From assembly GCA_964016885.1 (NCBI GenBank), contig OZ024740.1, positions 323,082,001 to 323,146,000 of the forward strand: a DNA stretch of 64,000 nucleotides. The letters run 5' to 3'. Each line of letters opens with the position of its first letter. The stretch's first letter is position 1. A model generated the notes under the pieces. The model had not been told where the DNA came from, made no database searches, and saw only the letters and a list, made by a program, of their open reading frames with translations. A program made the position numbers and the translations under genes. Below are positions 49,867 through 63,455 of the stretch, piece after piece. The DNA is from Eledone cirrhosa. Its lineage: Eukaryota.

Positions 49867-52800
49867 AGTGGGGGACTGGAATGGTATCCTAGATGCACGC
49901 TGGGACTACGTAGGGGCCTGTCCCGATAGAGAGGGGTGTAATAGCCTCAAAGGGTTAATCGGTCGATTTGACCTGGCCGATAGATATGGACTAGATTTTC
50001 CGACTGCGCCAACCTGGACTTGGGCAAATCGTAGCGGATCATCTAGCTCGTACCTAGATAGGTTCTTAGTTAGAATTAAGGATAAGGACTTTTTAAGTTG
50101 TCCAAAAATGCGCATGGTTGGCTATTCAGACCACAAATTAGTGACCTGCATGGTCAACCTTGACAGAACTCATAGACAGGGACCCGGTTACTGGAAGCTC
50201 AACTTGTCCTTACCGGCAAGTAAGGTTTACAGGGACCGGATTAGCACTTTAGTTAAGGAGCGGTTGACGGGCGCCATCGTCAACAGCAGGTGGTGGGGAT
50301 CTCTCAAAAGAGAGATTAGAGTCGTCTCTATAGAATTTAGTAAGGAGTTAGCCTCAAATAGAAATAGGAAGGAAAGGGAGTTGGTAGATAGTGTAGAAGA
50401 GGCATTTAGAAGTGGCGACGTGGCCAGAGTGCTAGCGTCGAGAACGGCCCTGGGCCAGTTCTTCGACGCGAAACACGAAGGCTGCATCGTCCGAAGCAAA
50501 ATACGTGCTCTGGGAAACGAGGGGACCAAAGCTGTTAGCTGGGCCCGCGTGACAGAAGCCAAAAGAGGGAGCAGATCCACTATCCGGTCTTTGCGAGACC
50601 AGAATGGACGGGTGATCCTTGAACCTAAGCAGATGTGCGAGGCTTTTCAAAAGCACTTTGCCGGATTGTTCGGAAGGGGCGGGGAGCCGGTTGGGGATGT
50701 GGACTTCGGTCCATACCTCGACGGCCTGCCGCGTCTCTCGGACAAGGAGGCGAAGTCCTGCGAGGAGCCGATTTCAGCCGCTGAGATAGAGGACGTGCTG
50801 AGCCAATGCGGCAAACGCAAATCCCCGGGTCTCGATGGTCTTCCATACGAACTATATCTAGCTATGCCGGACTTGTTCCCCGATCTCCTCGAGGCGGTCT
50901 ACTGCAACTGGCAACAGAACGGGAGAATTCCCTGTGCTGTGACCAAGGGCGTAGTCACGCTAGTGAGGAAGGACGAGAACAAGGGGGACGATATAAATAA
51001 TTTCAGGCCCATAACTCTGCTAAATGCAGAGTTACAGATTTTGGCCAAGGTGCTAGCAAAGAGGTTGGCGCTTGTCGTGGGCAACCTGGTGGGAGATGCG
51101 CAGACATGTGCTATCCCGTCCAGGTCCATCCACGACAACCTCCACCTCATGCGATACATCATAGAGAGGGTTGAGAACGAACCCGGCTTTGGTGGGGCCC
51201 TGATCAACTTGGATCAATCTAAGGCATTCGATAGGGTCGACCATGGTTACCTGGATGCGGTGCTAGCGGCGGCAGGCTTCGGAACCGTTTTCATGGGCTG
51301 GATCAATACCATGCACAACAGCCGCATCTGCTCTAGGGTCAAGGTGAACGGTTACCTCTCGGAGCTGTTCGAAATCGCGCGGTCCATCCGACAGGGGTGC
51401 CCTCTCTCCTCCCTTCTGTATGTAATGACTCTAGAGCCACTGCTGCGGAAGTTGGAGTTGTTGCAGGGCATCCCGTTGGAACCGGGATTGCGGAAAGCGG
51501 TGTCAGCCTACGCCGATGACGTAACAGCAATGGTGTCGACGGCCTCGGAAATCGGGGCGATCGGCACCTTACTGGAGGAGTACGAAAGGTTTACAGGGGC
51601 TAAGCTGAACCGGGACAAGTCGATCGGTCTGCAACTCGGCACGTGGAGGGGCAGATCGATGCCCTCCGATGGCGTCGTCGGGCGCTGGACGGAGGGCCCG
51701 GTGAAGTTGCTCGGGGTCTGGTTCGGACCAGACCTCCGGGTGGAAAAAAACTGGGGTGAGGTAACGAACAGGGTGTTTGCACTGACCCAGAAGTGGGCCG
51801 AGTGCAAACTGTCCCTGAAAGGTCGGGCGGAGGTGGCGAACACTTATATAGCGTCCGTCATCAACTACCGCCTGACCGTTGTGCCTTGCCCAAGAGAAAC
51901 GCTCGCCAAAATGGAGCGCGCACTCTTCAAATTCCTTTGGAAGAAGCGGGCTCCTATGGTGAGGAGATCCATCTGCTATCAACACCCTTCGAAAGGAGGG
52001 CTGGGGATGCCGTGGCTAATGATACGTAAACACGCATTAAGGCTACGGCACCTTCAGGTATTCCTCTCCGGTCAACCGGTGTGGGCCCCGTTTGTGAGGC
52101 GAGCCTTTCCCAGACTCGTCTCACTCACCGAGCTGCAATCCTGGGTCAAGCAAAGACCGAGAAAACTGGGCGCCTGGCACACCGAGTGTGCCCAGGCACT
52201 CACGGCTCTCTGGCAGGCGGACCCGGCTGTCAGTGGAGAATCCACCTCGTCATTCTATAGAGGGCTGGTGGTTAGCAGGTGCGACGACGCCCTCGGAGAA
52301 GCCCTAGGCATGGAGGAAGACGAACTGGCCAACCTGTTCGGTAGGACATTCAGCCCGGGACCCATGGATAACTTCCAGAGGTCCCTGGCCTGGCAATGCT
52401 ACAGAAGGGCTCTACCCGTTCGAGAAAGGCTCTACAGACACGGGCGCCCGGGTAGGGACCCCTCGAAAAAGATCTGTCCCAGATGCGTGTGCAACGAGGA
52501 AACCGTTGCACACGCATTGGTACACTGCTCGGCCATTGCCGATCTGTGGGGCTATGTCGAACAACTGCTGTCAAGGGTGGGACCGATCCGGTTGACCACC
52601 GAGTCTATTGTAACGATAAAGCCGCCTCCCCTCTTCAAAAACGAAGAAGAGGCGGTGTTTCTGTGCGTAATAGCCATGGCGAAAGAGGTTGTATGGTGGA
52701 CGCGTCTGAAAGGACTGAGGTCAGACACCTTTCTCTCTGGCCAACAACTGGTCCGTTTCTTCCGATATCATTTCGGAAGAAGGATCAGGATGGAGAGAGA

Positions 52801-53156
52801 GGTGCTGCACCCCAGCCGTTTTTATGAAAGGTGGGTGAAAGTGGCGAGAATGGCCCGTGTGAATGGGCCTTCACTCTACATCAGACTATAGGTGAGGAAG
52901 ATGAAAGACCAAGGGAGCACCCCTTCTCTGTGCTCCCGAGGAAAAGGGTGGCACACTTTTTTTCGGGGGTGTGTGCTACCCCCCAAGGCGCCTCCGCTCT
53001 ATTGAGGACTTTGTTATAAATTTTATTTTTTGTTATATTTTATTTTATTTTTATATATTGTTATTGCCTCCTCCTTATTGAGGACGCCTTGTTTTGTAAA
53101 CTCCCCCCATTGTACTTTTCCCACTTTTGATGCCCTGGTGGCAAATAAAAGAAACA
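49866..53156 (+). mobile_element. Tx1/L1-clade LINE, 5'-truncated, inserted in (TATC)n
   Basis: (TATC)n abuts both ends; 3' UTR with AATAAA at 53144. Confidence 0.93.
49868..52891 (+). CDS. Tx1-like ORF2: partial APE endonuclease, reverse transcriptase and CCHC zinc knuckle
   Basis: 1007 aa uninterrupted; GDWN, YLDRFLV, SDHK, PGYWKLN, KSPGLDGLPYE, FRPITLLN, DQSKAFDRVDH, IRQGCPLS, AYADDV, CPRC..EETVAHALVHC. Confidence 0.96.
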   Translation: MGDWNGILDARWDYVGACPDREGCNSLKGLIGRFDLADRYGLDFPTAPTWTWANRSGSSSSYLDRFLVRIKDKDFLSCPKMRMVGYSDHKLVTCMVNLDRTHRQGPGYWKLNLSLPASKVYRDRISTLVKERLTGAIVNSRWWGSLKREIRVVSIEFSKELASNRNRKERELVDSVEEAFRSGDVARVLASRTALGQFFDAKHEGCIVRSKIRALGNEGTKAVSWARVTEAKRGSRSTIRSLRDQNGRVILEPKQMCEAFQKHFAGLFGRGGEPVGDVDFGPYLDGLPRLSDKEAKSCEEPISAAEIEDVLSQCGKRKSPGLDGLPYELYLAMPDLFPDLLEAVYCNWQQNGRIPCAVTKGVVTLVRKDENKGDDINNFRPITLLNAELQILAKVLAKRLALVVGNLVGDAQTCAIPSRSIHDNLHLMRYIIERVENEPGFGGALINLDQSKAFDRVDHGYLDAVLAAAGFGTVFMGWINTMHNSRICSRVKVNGYLSELFEIARSIRQGCPLSSLLYVMTLEPLLRKLELLQGIPLEPGLRKAVSAYADDVTAMVSTASEIGAIGTLLEEYERFTGAKLNRDKSIGLQLGTWRGRSMPSDGVVGRWTEGPVKLLGVWFGPDLRVEKNWGEVTNRVFALTQKWAECKLSLKGRAEVANTYIASVINYRLTVVPCPRETLAKMERALFKFLWKKRAPMVRRSICYQHPSKGGLGMPWLMIRKHALRLRHLQVFLSGQPVWAPFVRRAFPRLVSLTELQSWVKQRPRKLGAWHTECAQALTALWQADPAVSGESTSSFYRGLVVSRCDDALGEALGMEEDELANLFGRTFSPGPMDNFQRSLAWQCYRRALPVRERLYRHGRPGRDPSKKICPRCVCNEETVAHALVHCSAIADLWGYVEQLLSRVGPIRLTTESIVTIKPPPLFKNEEEAVFLCVIAMAKEVVWWTRLKGLRSDTFLSGQQLVRFFRYHFGRRIRMEREVLHPSRFYERWVKVARMARVNGPSLYIRL

Positions 53157-53222
<66 letters not shown>

Positions 53223-53369
53223 CCTCTCTCTCTATCTATCTATCTATCTATCTAACTATCTATCTATTTGTCTGTCTCCCTGTCTCTCTGTGTGCCTGTT
53301 TATCTAACCATGTTTTTATTTATATAATATACACATATATATTCATACAAATATTTATATATACACACA

Positions 53370-53478
<109 letters not shown>

Positions 53479-54106
53479 GTCGCCCGCAAGTGAAACCCCG
53501 TAGTAACAAACCATTGAATCAGCTTTAATCAGATCTTACGTTTTGTGGTCTTCGTTTAAATATTGCAAAGTATAAAACTGTCCGATGCGAATCAAATCTT
53601 TCTCAGTGGAACAGAAAATGGTCAAAGTAGACATATTTATACTCCCCAACACTTACAGAGAGAACTAACTCTCTACTTACACCTGACTTACACCTGACTT
53701 CTATTTTTTTGTTCACACACACACACACACACACACACACGCGCGCGCGCGAGCACACACACGCACACCCATACACACACACGCACACGCACACGCATAT
53801 ATATATATATATACATATATATATGATAAATTTATAGTTATATATATAAAGTACAGATTTAAACTGTGACTACTTAGATTAGCATTAGAATATGCACATT
53901 CGTGTATTTCACTGGAAATTACACACACACACACACATATATATATGTGTGTGTATGTGTGTGTATGAGTGTGAGCGTGTGCGTGTGAGAGTGCATATAT
54001 ATGTGTGTGTCTGTATGTATGTATGAGTGTGAGTGTGTGACAGAGAGAGAGGGGGTGAGAGTTAACTAGATAGACAGATAGACAGATAGATAGATACAAA
54101 CAGATA

Positions 54107-54575
54107 TATTTCTTTATTTACCATAAAGGCATAAAAAGAAGGGACAAATACAAAGGGGGAGTTTACATATAATCGAGTAAAAAGGGTGTAACATGAAAAT
54201 AATCGAAAATAACCTCAAAAGGGAGGGGACGTGATGGGGGTTGCACACACCCCCGAAAAAGTGTGCAATCCTTTGCCCGGGGAGCACATGGAGAAGGTGC
54301 TCCCCTCTCCTTTACTTCTTTACCTACAGGATGGTATACAGAGAAGGCCCATTTACACGAGCCATTCTCGCCACTATCACCCACCTTTCATAAAACTGCC
54401 TGTGGCCAAGCACCTCTCTCTCCATTCTTATCCTTCTTCCGAAGTGATATCGGAAGAAGTAGATCAGACTATGGCCAGAGAGGAAGTTGCCTGACCTCAG
54501 ACCTTTCAATCGTGTCCACCAAACAACCTCTTTCAACATGGCTATTACGCACAGAAAAACCGCCTTTGCTTCCTT
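54107..54575 (-). pseudogene. 3' fragment of a diverged Tx1-like copy in (GATA)n
   Basis: ORF 54324-54539 KEVVWWTRLKGLRS..FFRYHFGRRIRMEREVL..ARMARVNGPSLY matches the C-terminus of 49868-52891. Confidence 0.92.
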
Positions 54576-54590
54576 TAGATAGATACAAAC

Positions 54591-54620
<30 letters not shown>

Positions 54621-54622
<2 letters not shown>

Positions 54623-54715
54623 TTTTTTATTAGCCACAGGGGCACAAAAGAAGGGGACAAATACAAAGGGGGAAGTTTACATACAATAAAAACGTGTAAA
54701 ATGTTATCACAAATG
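54621..54715 (-). mobile_element. Tx1-like 3' UTR stub in (GATA)n
   Basis: Nearly identical to 15300-15394. Confidence 0.75.
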
Positions 54716-54733
54716 CAATTTAAAGAGTTAATC

Positions 54734-54797
<64 letters not shown>

Positions 54798-55349
54798 TAC
54801 ATATATTTGTTCTGAATCTTTCATGTTCAATATTTTAAGATGGTGAAAGCATGCGTGGAATCTTCTTGTTTCTACTCAAGTCTTTTAGAAGCGAAACAGC
54901 AACACATGAAGAACTGGTGCCTGGATCGCCCAACATATCTGAATTCTTTTGAAACGTCCCATCAAATCATATTGGCCGTGTCTTTCCATGCGTAATCTAG
55001 AACTTTGGTAGATAAATATACAAATGGAAGCGTGAGGCTGCAAAGACAAATCAAATAAATAATACGTTGGTGAGAATTTGATACCAATTCCTAGCGGATA
55101 GAAGGCTATCACTGACTAAAGGAATGGTTAGATAAGATATGGTATGGCATGACATGGATGCTGAGGTTAAAACAACGAAATAAAGAAGGGATATGGATTG
55201 ATGGAGTGAGGGTGTGAGAGGAATTTGGCAGAAAAGGGCAAGTGTGTGAGTGCAGAAGTATTGGATGCGTGTGGCATGATGAGTGTAAAACAACAGTGCA
55301 AATTAAGGGAGCGAAAGTGAATAGGATATCTATTATACACACATACATA

Positions 55350-55413
<64 letters not shown>

Positions 55414-55431
55414 TATATATATATATGTTCA

Positions 55432-55507
<76 letters not shown>

Positions 55508-55718
55508 TCATATTGCCCACTCGACTACCCCAAGTATATATATATATATTGTATGTATATATATATATAAATGAAAAGTATAGAAAGTATTGTAGCAAGA
55601 AGCCAGTATTCCATAATATATAAGTGACTATAGCGTCAAAATGGGAAAATAGTTAACGTAAGATGTGGGGAAAAATAATTCAAACTCAATTCAAAAAGAA
55701 TCAGGATATAGATTTATC

Positions 55719-55779
<61 letters not shown>

Positions 55780-55986
55780 CATACATTAGCGGGGATTGGG
55801 TCTAAAAAAATTGGTTGCCAAGAAGAGACAACTATAATGCTAACATTTAATTTTTATATCGAATAAATACATTTTTTTAAATATCCTCTCTATTTCTGTA
55901 TATGCAATTGACCGTATAGATTATATTAAAAACTATTTAATTTCACCAATAAAAAGATTTTGTGAAATACGCACATCCACGATATA

Positions 55987-56049
55987 GCACTGACGAGTCT
56001 CTAATTTTTCCGGGCGCGAGGAGGAGCTTGAAATCAGAACAGAATTTGC
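55987..56049 (+). ncRNA. Weak or degenerate hammerhead candidate
   Basis: gca CTGACGA ..33 nt.. GAAA tcagaacagaa TT tgc; stems imperfect. Confidence 0.35.
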
Positions 56050-56331
56050 CAATTAAATTTAGCAGTTATACAAGTAGGTAACCAACAGTTGCACCATTCA
56101 ACCACTGAGACTGTTCGGACTTTTATACATATTTAAAAGTTATATTTTAAATATTAACCTTTGGATTCTTTATGGTCTTACCTACTTTACAGTTAAGTAG
56201 GTGAGACCATTTGTTGAAGTATTTTACATTATTCTATCAATTTTTAAAGACTAAAATTTACTTTTATTTAGTCAATTATTTTCAATTTTATCTGCACAAA
56301 TAACTAATTCTCTCTCTCTCTTCTCCCCCCC

Positions 56332-56387
<56 letters not shown>

Positions 56388-57623
56388 AGGTATGCATATA
56401 AAGAGAGAGTGAAAGTGAGAGAGAGAGAGTGAGAGAGAGAGCGAGCCAGACCGACAGACAGACTGACATGCCTACACAGATATTCATAGATACGCTCTTG
56501 AGTGTTGTACAAATATAGCCAAATATAATAATACAAATACATCATCTCCTTCCTCCTTGCATTGTGACTTTAGTTTGTAAATGGAAACCAGTTTCCTTGA
56601 AAACCTCTCGAAATCTCACAATATCACTTTTAGTAACTAGAAGAAAATCAAATTATATCTCTACCACCAGTAGACATAATATGGCGAACACTCTTTCATA
56701 GATAATCGAAATACAATGGTTAAGCTCAATAAGCCTAGTTTCTAATAACGGAAATACTGAAAAATGTATCACCCCCGCCATATCCTCTCAACATCACATT
56801 GTATAACTTAATAGATCCTTCAGTTCAAATTTTGGTCGGGTCTACCAGTTTTTTTAAACGCATTTTCTAAACATTCATTTCTGAAACCTTTATCGTTTTT
56901 CCGACTTCATTGATTCCATTAAATATCTATATAATATCCTTCCATACCAGTTTCATTCATTCTATCATTTGTCAGACACTATGTTTAATATTAATATATA
57001 TTTAATTACATGGGTATAAGGAAAATGTCCAAGCGCAGAAATGCTATAAAGATTGCTTATAAACTATGGTGAAGACCCTTAAAAGACGGGAAAAGAATTA
57101 GCCAACGACCGCAATGAGGAATGGAACCCCATATCTTCCAGATATCTTCTAGGCACTATCCGGAAAATATGGGATTAAATTCCTCATAGCGGTCTTTGGC
57201 AAATTCATTTTCTACCTTCTAATGTTGTTCACCCGATTTTATGAGCTATCTTTTCAGTATTTCTGCACTTAAATACTTTTTTTACACTTATATAATTACA
57301 TACATTCTCAACTCTTTAAAAACCGAAAATTCGACAATGTACATTATATATATATATATATATACTCGATCTCATGTAAAAGTCGACCCTAGTATGCTTA
57401 ATTGTTGCATTTGTTTTGTTTTTTTTCTTAATTTGTTATTCTGATATTTTCTTTGAAAGCAACAATTTTGTATTGGACCCGAAAGTACTACCGTCGGCCC
57501 CCGAGAGACCCACTTGCCATCAGGAGGGCTGACCACCTGGCCAGTCTGCCACTGTTCACACACACACACATATATATAATAATAGTGAGAAATACTCAGA
57601 AATATACACGTCCGGACGCACAA

Positions 57624-57704
<81 letters not shown>

Positions 57705-57934
57705 CATACATACATAAATGTAAGACTAAAATAAAATTATTTCAGTCATATTACACCTTAAAAAATAGCTCAATACAATTGCAGCGGAAAAACTATATTA
57801 TGTAGATCTTCATTTACACAAATGTAATTATGTAAAGTAGATTAAAAGTAAGAATAGCATGCAAAAATACATTTTAAAAGAAAAATAATATATATATATA
57901 TATATGTATATATATGTATATATATATATATATA

Positions 57935-59062
57935 TAAATATAAGTATGTAATCGTACATACATATATGTGTACAGACGTACAGTAGTATGTATATATATA
58001 CATACATGCACACATATGTATATGTACGTATGGGTTTACCGAACATTTATTATAATGTTTGGTTTGTTTGTAAACAAACAGCCCGAATTTCACTGTACAT
58101 TGTTCGGCAACCATCGTCGCCTTTCTGTTCAACACTCACACAGGAACGATATTCTAGTTTCAAGCTTATTAGCTATCATCAGCATCGTATACGTTTCATT
58201 CTTTTCCATTTATCGTTTTCGGTACACCTGGCCGACTAACCCACTCGATATGCAAATTAGGCTACTCAGCCGTTAATATGCATAAGGAAAGTATATACTT
58301 TCAAACGTTCAATCATCTGACAGGAAGGTATACGATGCTGACGATAGCTAATAAGCTGAACAAAAAGGCGACGATGGTTGCCGAACATTGTACGGCGTAA
58401 TTCGGGCTGTTTGTTTACAAACAAACCGAACATTATAATAAATGTTCGGTAAACCCATACGTACATATATATACGTGTGCATGTATGTATATATATATAT
58501 ATATATATACATACTACTGTACGTCTGTACACATATATGTATGAACGTACATACTTATATTGAGGTATCAGCCGTACTAAGGGTGAGAAATAAAATTTCG
58601 TTTCATTCTTTTCCATTTATCGTTTTCGGTACGCCCGGCCGACTAACTCACTCATATGCAAATTAGGCTGCTCAGCCGTTAATATGCATAAGGAAAGCAT
58701 ATACTTTCAAACGTTCAATCATCTGACAGGACGGTATACGATGCTGACGATATCTAATAAGCTTGAAACTAGTAGATCGTTCCTGTGTCAGTGTTGAACA
58801 AAAAGGCAACGATGGTTGCCGAACACTGTACGGCGTAATTCGGGCTGTTTGTTTACAAACAAACCGAACATTATAATAAACGTTCGGTAAACCCATACGT
58901 ACATATATATATATGTGCATGTATGTATATATATATGTGCATGTATGTATATATATACATACTACTGTACGTCTGTATACATATATGTATGTACGTATAC
59001 ATTCTTATAGTTAGGTATCAGCCGTATTAAGAGTGAGAAATGAAATTTCGTTTCATTCTTTT
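57935..59062. mobile_element. Second family A tandem plus inverted array with decayed hammerheads (58146-58188 minus, ~58332 deleted, 58738-58780 plus)
   Basis: Collinear with 2041-3700; inversion at ~58192; tatcgttttcggtac at 58211 and 58618. Confidence 0.8.
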
Positions 59063-59075
59063 CTCTCTCTCTCCC

Positions 59076-59197
<122 letters not shown>

Positions 59198-59741
59198 GAA
59201 TGTAGAAATGTAACATACGGGTTGATATATATAAAACAAATGGTAGAAAGGAAAAAGATTCTTTCAGTTGGAAATTTTGAAGAGATTTTTTCAGTGAGAT
59301 ATCAAAACAATTTATTTACAATACCGGTTTCAGCATTATATGCATTGTCAATTGCGGATATGCAGAATATTGTTAAGTTGCATATTTGTACAAATAGTGA
59401 TAATAATAATAATAAAAATGAAAATAAAAAGTGGAAGAAAAATTAATTTTCTCATACATGTTCACTCAGAGCAGAGAGTTCATTTCTCTGTTTATAAGCT
59501 ATAAGGCATAGTGTAAGGCATGAAGAAATGTGAATGAGTGAGTGAGTGACTATGTGATTTAATGAGTTAGTGAAAGAAGGAAAAACACGTTAATTCACGG
59601 CTTGATCGAACAACGGACTGCTCGTCATCGAAACCGTAATTTATCAGTAAGGTTTGAAAATCGAGTTTAGCGCATTTAGAACGTTCATGAAATTGTCATC
59701 TACTTTAGTTAATATTTATTTCCAGAGATTAGAGACTTTTT

Positions 59742-59997
59742 CTAGGTAGAGCCGTTACTTCTCTTAATTGGGAGATTACAGCTCCGATAATATGGACATG
59801 TTGTTAGAATATCTCAGGAAATAATTGCTGGACAGATTTTACGGGCAAAACCAGACCCAGGGGTAGACCCGAGCATGATGGTTGGATAACAACCGCGAGC
59901 TTGGTTGGTCTCACTTGAGAATCCTGCCGGATGGAGAAGAAGAAGAAGAAGAAGAAGAAGAAGAAGAAGAAGATGAAGAAGAAGAAGAAGAAGAAGA
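59742..59997 (+). pseudogene. RTE 3' remnant with (GAA)n tail (family of 4918-5436)
   Basis: aggtagagccgttacttctc, ggacagattttac.ggcaaaaccag and cttg.g.atcc are shared with 5170-5340. Confidence 0.75.
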
Positions 59998-61059
59998 TAT
60001 GACTAATGTATTTATCTAGTTATTTATTCCTTATTTTTACTTTTTACAAGATTTATTCAGAAGAGAAAGGACAGCACCAATGACCCGTGTCAGATCCTCC
60101 CCCGTGACTGATGAGAGGAAGTACAGAAGGAGAGAAGTAAAGAAGGGGGTTATAATATGAGTCCAACCAGTCTTGCCCTCCCAATACATGCAACAACAGA
60201 ATATATTCCGCTAAAAACTTCTTCAGCCAGGTGCTGGTGTCAAGCCGACTGTATGTGTGTGTGAGTGTGTGTGTATGTGTACGTGTGTGTGTATGTGTGA
60301 GTGTGTGTGTGTGTATGTGTACGTGTATGTGTATGTGTGAGTGTGTATGTGTATGTGTGTGTATGTATGTGTGAGTGTGTGTATGTATGTGTGTGTGTAC
60401 TCGTGTATGTATGTGTGAGTGTGTGTGTGTGTGTGTATCTATGTATGTATGTATGTATGTATGTATGTGTGTATGTGTGTGAGTGTGTGTATGTATGTGT
60501 GTGTGTGTACTTGTGTGTGTATGTATGCTAGTATGTATGTATGTATGTGTGTATGTGTTCATGTGTGTATGTGTGTTTGTGTGTGTGTGTGTGTGTGTGT
60601 ATGTGCGTGTGTGTGTGTGTGAAACGTTAGGAGCTTCCGTGACTGACGAAAGGTAGTACAGTAGGAAGGAAAGTACCGAGGCAGTCACTGATGTTAAACC
60701 GACCGACTTTAAAAGGCTACCAAGATTGGACGTGCTATATATATATTGTCACAAAACTCCCAACCATAAAGAAGACTTCCAATACATGAAGGCCATGAAA
60801 TGATTCAACAACAGAAGCACTTAACAATATAATATTTATTTATGGATTATATCATGTTTAATAGAAAAACAGAAAAAAATTATGGAATATATCAGTTTAA
60901 TAGAAAAATAAAAAAAAAAATTTTGATTGAGAAGAATGGAATGTAAAATAGGAAATTAAAAAAAAAGAGAGAAAAAGAAAAAAACCGGAAAAGGGAGGAA
61001 ATGGCAAGGACTCTAGTATCACAGAAAAATGAGGGGGGAGATGGAGGAGTATTGGGTTC

Positions 61060-61200
61060 TGGGCCCCGCGAACATGACCGCAAAAGCAAATCCCGCGGAC
61101 AATGGCGAGCGAAACCTGCTGCAACAGCCACACCACCTCGCGGGGCTCCTTCTTCAGACGGGCCACCGACGTTCCGATCTTGTGGAGAAGCTCAACTGTA
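61060..61200 (-). pseudogene. CRE-like non-LTR retrotransposon restriction-like endonuclease C-terminus
   Basis: ELLHKIGTSVARLKKEPREVVWLLQQVSLAIVRG resembles the L..IG......EPRE..FL.QR.SLAI.RGN motif ending CRE-clade ORFs. Confidence 0.6.
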
Positions 61201-61784
61201 CAGAGTTTTATATCTATCATTGATAGTAATGTTTTACTTGTTTTTGATTCTATTGCCTCTTTTCGATCTCACCCTTGTTTATGTTTCTAAATTAGAAGAG
61301 GTTTTAGATATTTTTTCAATGTGTCATTGCTTACCAAATCTACCCGCACTTTATATTGATTAAATAAATGAAGAAATACATAGATAAACTACTAAACCGA
61401 CCAATAGATTATATCTACTTTTAGGAACTTTGTATATAATATAGGATGTTAATTCTATGGGTTTTACATTCTTTATCAGCATCTGAAATGTGCGTTAGAG
61501 ATGTACAGACCCTGAGTTTCAATTGAAACGCTGATTTATTTTATATACACACACACATATACACATACGCACACACACACACATATATACATACATACAT
61601 ACATACATACATACATACATAGATACATACATACATATGTCAGTATATATTTTATGGAAGTCAGCTGTTCAGTGAATGTGAAGTTCTCATTCTAAATCAA
61701 AGATAAGCAGATATGACCAACTTAGAAACTTAAATACTTCTTTTGGATTCAAATACATATTTAAACCAAGTTTATCTGTATAGT

Positions 61785-62080
61785 CAGCTATGGTGAAAGA
61801 GAGTAACTTGGTGTTTGGGATGTTCAGCTCATGATTATAGGGTTGTGTGTTTGATTCTCGCCAGTGCATTGTATCCTTGAGCAAGATAATTTGTCTCGCA
61901 AGGCTCCAGTTTACTTAACTAGCAAATATGTATTGAACCTGTAGTACAAACGGCCAGCCGTTTCATACCCTGTGTCACAGTGAATCTACCTGAGAAATAC
62001 ATTACAAGAGGCATGTGTTTGAGGAGTACTCAGCCACATGCATGTTAATTTCGCGAACAGGCTGTTCTGTTGATTGAAAC
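61785..62080 (+). mobile_element. Degenerate tRNA-derived SINE (second family)
   Basis: gtatccttgagcaagata, gtgtcacagtgaatct.cctgagaa, gagtactcagccac, ttaatttcgcgaacaggct. Confidence 0.7.
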
Positions 62081-62243
62081 AGAATTAGTCATACGAAAAC
62101 ACTTCAAATGAAATATACTTATACGAATAAAGAAGTGTTCAATTAGTTCGTGCCTGTGTATTATATAATAGATGTCCTCAAAATACGTATAACAGTGGTT
62201 TCGTTAAAAATATTGTGTGTTGAAATATAAACATGCTGTCTTC

Positions 62244-62298
<55 letters not shown>

Positions 62299-62526
62299 CA
62301 TAAACAGAGAAAGCCTTAAGCGATACTCCGACCAACTCCATATATATATATATATAAATAAAATTTAATACACAAACGGCTTCCCATTTGTATATTAAAT
62401 TTTGTATATACTCTACTAATGTATTGAGTACTTCACTTACTGTGGTTACCCCCGATTGAACTCAGGACTCATATGTACACGCACAGGCACACGCACGCAC
62501 ACACACGCACACACACACACACACAC

Positions 62527-62584
<58 letters not shown>

Positions 62585-62586
<2 letters not shown>

Positions 62587-62850
62587 CACTTCGTTTTGTA
62601 TTTATTTTGCAGCATGTGTTGAAGCAGATATTGTTATATTTTGGGAAGGACATGCACCCAATAAAAACTACAGAAACCTGTTAGATTTTATGTCAATATA
62701 TTATTATATATTCAATATATTATTAGTTTAATAGCTGGATTGCATCCGGTTATTGAACTAACCGACCGGGAAATTGTAATAATAAATTGAAGTGAAATCG
62801 AACAAGTGCATGGGTTTTTTATTGGCAGCAGGACCCTTCGAAATATAACA

Positions 62851-62853
<3 letters not shown>
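62585..62853 (-). mobile_element. Older family B pLTR fragment with inversion
   Basis: Diverged match to 14829-15160 (ataataaattgaagtgaa, ttttattggca, tataacaat). Confidence 0.6.
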
Positions 62854-62916
<63 letters not shown>

Positions 62917-62987
62917 AATTCGGGACCTCGACGAATGAGCTCCGGCCGTTTCAACAGCTAGATCTAACTGGGGTTTACCACCCCCAT

Positions 62988-63081
<94 letters not shown>

Positions 63082-63344
63082 GAAGCAATTGTTTTGGGGG
63101 TTTAAGCATGTTTTGTCTTTAATCATATCTACCACATGATAAAATAGTTGAAAATGAATCGGGGATGTAACAACTTATGGTGGAAAGAAGAGGACGGAAA
63201 CAAACCTTACATCTGCTATATGTCGGTACTGTCAAATAAAGCATATATACAAATATGTAGAAAGAGGGAGAGAGAGAGAGAGAGAAAATAGGCAGAAATA
63301 GCAGCATAAACATAGGGGAGATAAAGAAATTGTGAATGTGCAAT

Positions 63345-63423
63345 TGTAGTGGTGGTGGTGGTGGTGATGGTGGTGGTGATGGTGGTGGTGATGGTGGTGG
63401 TGGTGGTGGTGGTGGTGTTGTTG

Positions 63424-63455
<32 letters not shown>

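Noticed and set aside
54887-55000. Possible exon after a pyrimidine tract and ttttag
   Set aside because: All three frames stop quickly and resemble no known protein.
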